Below the pieces are notes generated by a model. That model searched no databases. It saw only the letters and a list, made by a program, of their open reading frames with translations, and was not told the origin of the DNA. This document shows positions 61,778 through 64,000 of a stretch of 64,000 bases of DNA, in pieces. Positions within the stretch are counted from its first letter, which is position 1, and each line of letters starts with the position of its first letter. The position numbers and the translations under genes are program-made. This DNA comes from Gekko japonicus (taxonomy: Eukaryota): positions 688,720 through 752,719 of the forward strand of contig NW_015168090.1 of assembly GCF_001447785.1 (NCBI RefSeq), in the 5' to 3' direction.

Positions 61778-63115
61778 GTCGAGCGGGGCTCAGCCTTCAC
61801 GAGTGGGGGATGAACCCAACATACCTCCTCCCACTCTTCCACAAGTGGGGAGTTCCCCAAGTCGATGTCTTTGCAAGCAGAAACAACAAAAAGTGTCCTC
61901 TGTTCTGCAGTCGAGGAGGCAAGGACCCACAATCTCTGGGAGACGGTCTCCTTTACCCTTGGTCATCGGGACTTCTCTACCTGTTCCCCCCTTACCTCTG
62001 CTTTTGAGAGTGGTCCGCAAAATTCTCAAAGACAACGCAGACTGTATCTTAATAACCCCATGGTGGGGTTTCACCTTGGTTTTCAGCGGTCCTAGAGTTC
62101 TCGCAGGGGATATAACATCACTTCCCCCCGGCTCAGGACCTCCTCCTTCTCTCAGACTCCCCCCGTCCTACATCACAACATACCACAGTTGAAACTGACG
62201 GCATGGCAGATAACATCACCGGCTTCTCCTCCCGTGTAGTGAATGTCCTTTTGAATTCCAGGAAGCCTACTATGCGCAAGTCCTACGATTATAAATGGAG
62301 AAGATTCTGTTCTTCCCTAGGTGATGACGCCCCTCGAGCCTCCTCAGTGGGTCTCGAAAGAGTTTTCTGATTCCTCCTCTCCTTAGCTGACTCGGGACTT
62401 TCCCATTCATCGTTAAGAGTTTATTTGGCCGCTCTCTCGGCCTACCATGTTCCAGTTGATGGATGCACTTTGTTTTCTCATCCGATTTCCAAACGGTTTT
62501 TAAAAGGTTATTACACCTCTACTCTCCTGTCAAAACTCCAGTCACTCCCTGGGACCTTCCTCTAGTTCTACGCCAGCTCACGATGAAGCCCTTCGAGCCG
62601 CTTGCAACATGTGACCATAAACTCCTCACATGGAAAACTGCCTTTTTAATTGCCATTACCTCGGCTAGGCGAGTGGGAGAAATATTGGCTTTCCGGCACG
62701 ATACGCCTTTCCTGTCCTTTCTCCCACCTTGTTCCGGACATCTCTTTCCTCCTGAAGGTGGTGTCAGAGTTCCACCTGCAAGCAGAGGTCTTCCTCCTTG
62801 ACTTCTTCCCAAACCCAACGTCAGCGGAGGACAGATTATTACACACCTTGGATGTGAAGCGGGCTCTCCTGTTCTACCTCAGTAGAACACATCTAACTAG
62901 ACGAGACTCACAACTATTCGTCTCGTATGCTCCGGCATCATGGCCCAGCGCCTGTCAAAGTGGATTGTAGGTCTAATCCATCTGTGTTACCTACTCGCCA
63001 AACAGCCATTGCCTGGCCCTATCAGGGCTCATTCTACCAGGGCTGTTGCAACTTCCACTACCTTCCTCCAGGGAGTGCCACTGCCGGACATTTGCAAAGC
63101 CGCTACGTGGGCCAC

Positions 63116-63465
63116 AGGAGCTGCGGTGGCTCAGGTGGTTAAGACGCTGAACTGCAGGCTGTGGAAGGTCAGTAGTTCAGCAGTTCGAGACCCGAGTGTG
63201 CCGCATGATGGAGTGAGCTCCCGTCTCTAGTTCCAGCTCCTGCCAACCTAGCAGTTCGAAAGCAAGAAATTGCAAATAGATAAATAGGTACCACTACAGT
63301 GGGAAGGTAACAGCGTTCCGTGCGCCTTGGTGTTTAGTCATGCCGGCCACGTGACCACGGAAACATCTTTGGACAGCGCTGGCTCTTCGGCTTTGAAACG
63401 GAGATGAGCACCGTAACCCTAGAGTCGGACTCGACTGGCTTTCGAGCAAGGGAACCTTTACCTTT
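63116..63465 (+). mobile_element. Sauria/Squam1-type SINE inserted in the DIRS recombinase gene
   Basis: Full-length with an acctttaccttt tail; perfect 12-bp TSD tacgtgggccac at 63104-63115 and 63466-63477. Confidence 0.95.
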
Positions 63466-63617
63466 TACGTGGGCCACGCCTAACACCTTCATCAGGCACT
63501 ACGCCCTAGACGTCCATACCAATGCCAATACCAACATGGGACGTCACATTCTGTCTTCGGCTACGCAGTAAAAGACCTGCCAGCACCCTCCTCCAAGTAG
63601 GCTACTGCTCGCTAATC

Positions 63618-63984
63618 TCCCATGGGTGTGAAGCACAGAGACCACGTCGAAGATAAGCAAGTTGCTTACCTGTAACTGGTGATCTTTGAGTGGTCCTCTG
63701 TGCATTCACACCACCCGCCCTCCTTCCCCGCTGCTGTCAGCTTCTACATTTTCAATAGGGGTTGATTTGCGGCGGTTTGTAGGAACTGGCGGGATGTCTG
63801 CGCCCACCCCTCTGGGCATGCGCGGTGGGGTTCCTGCGCATGCCCGAGGGACTGGGCGCGAAAATCCGTTAAAAGAGCTTGCTACAGCATCGATCGATCT
63901 AGCGTGTGCGCAATGAATCCCATGGGTGTGAATGCACAGATGACCACTCGAAGATCACCAGTTACTGGTAAGCAACCTGCTTTT
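63618..63984 (+). repeat. DIRS internal complementary region (ICR) and right terminal repeat
   Basis: 63618-63653 is a direct repeat of 63918-63954. 63655-63712 is the reverse complement of 63925-63982 with 4 mismatches. Confidence 0.88.
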
Positions 63985-64000
63985 CTGCTCTCAACTGCAT

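Larger units (their letters stand above)
59620..63984 (+). mobile_element. DIRS-type tyrosine-recombinase retrotransposon, 5'-truncated and degenerate
   Basis: gag-like (EGKKLDAF, LRRHSWLR, EDLPFDG), RT (LDLQDAYFH, LPFGLSSAPRVFTK, YIDDWL), RNase H (TTDAS..WGAH), MT-like (DVFAS..NKKC) and YR (TSARRVGE, HSTR, RHY). ICR and right ITR at 63618-63984. The start is approximate. Confidence 0.93.

Overview
Eukaryotic (vertebrate) genomic DNA from a squamate reptile. A gecko is inferred from Sauria/Squam1-type and Squam3-type SINEs plus Bov-B. The window holds the conserved cluster TDP2 (-, 7 coding exons, 375 aa), ACOT13 (+, 3 exons, 142 aa, head-to-head with TDP2), C6orf62 (-, 5 coding exons, 230 aa) and the 5' part of GMNN (+, E2F-type CpG promoter and 3 coding exons; the rest lies beyond the window). 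All coding exons were read by eye with GT-AG boundaries and consistent phases. The left end is a ~154-bp satellite array with a ~924-bp higher-order period; its orientation flips across a 700-N gap. Introns and intergenic DNA are dense with transposons: a young CR1 with an 891-codon open ORF2, further CR1 copies, Bov-B nested in an RTE-X-like LINE, and a DIRS tyrosine-recombinase retrotransposon split by a Sauria SINE. There are also Penelope-like termini carrying minimal hammerhead ribozyme motifs, hAT MITEs with 8-bp TSDs, a GC-rich palindromic MITE family and solo LTRs. No prokaryotic systems or CRISPR arrays are present. The most notable items are the inverted hammerhead pair at the C6orf62 promoter, tandem strong-Kozak uORFs upstream of C6orf62, a hAT element with two right ends, a chimeric SINE, and the satellite at a possible synteny break. 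No database searches were run, so family names come from recognition and recall.
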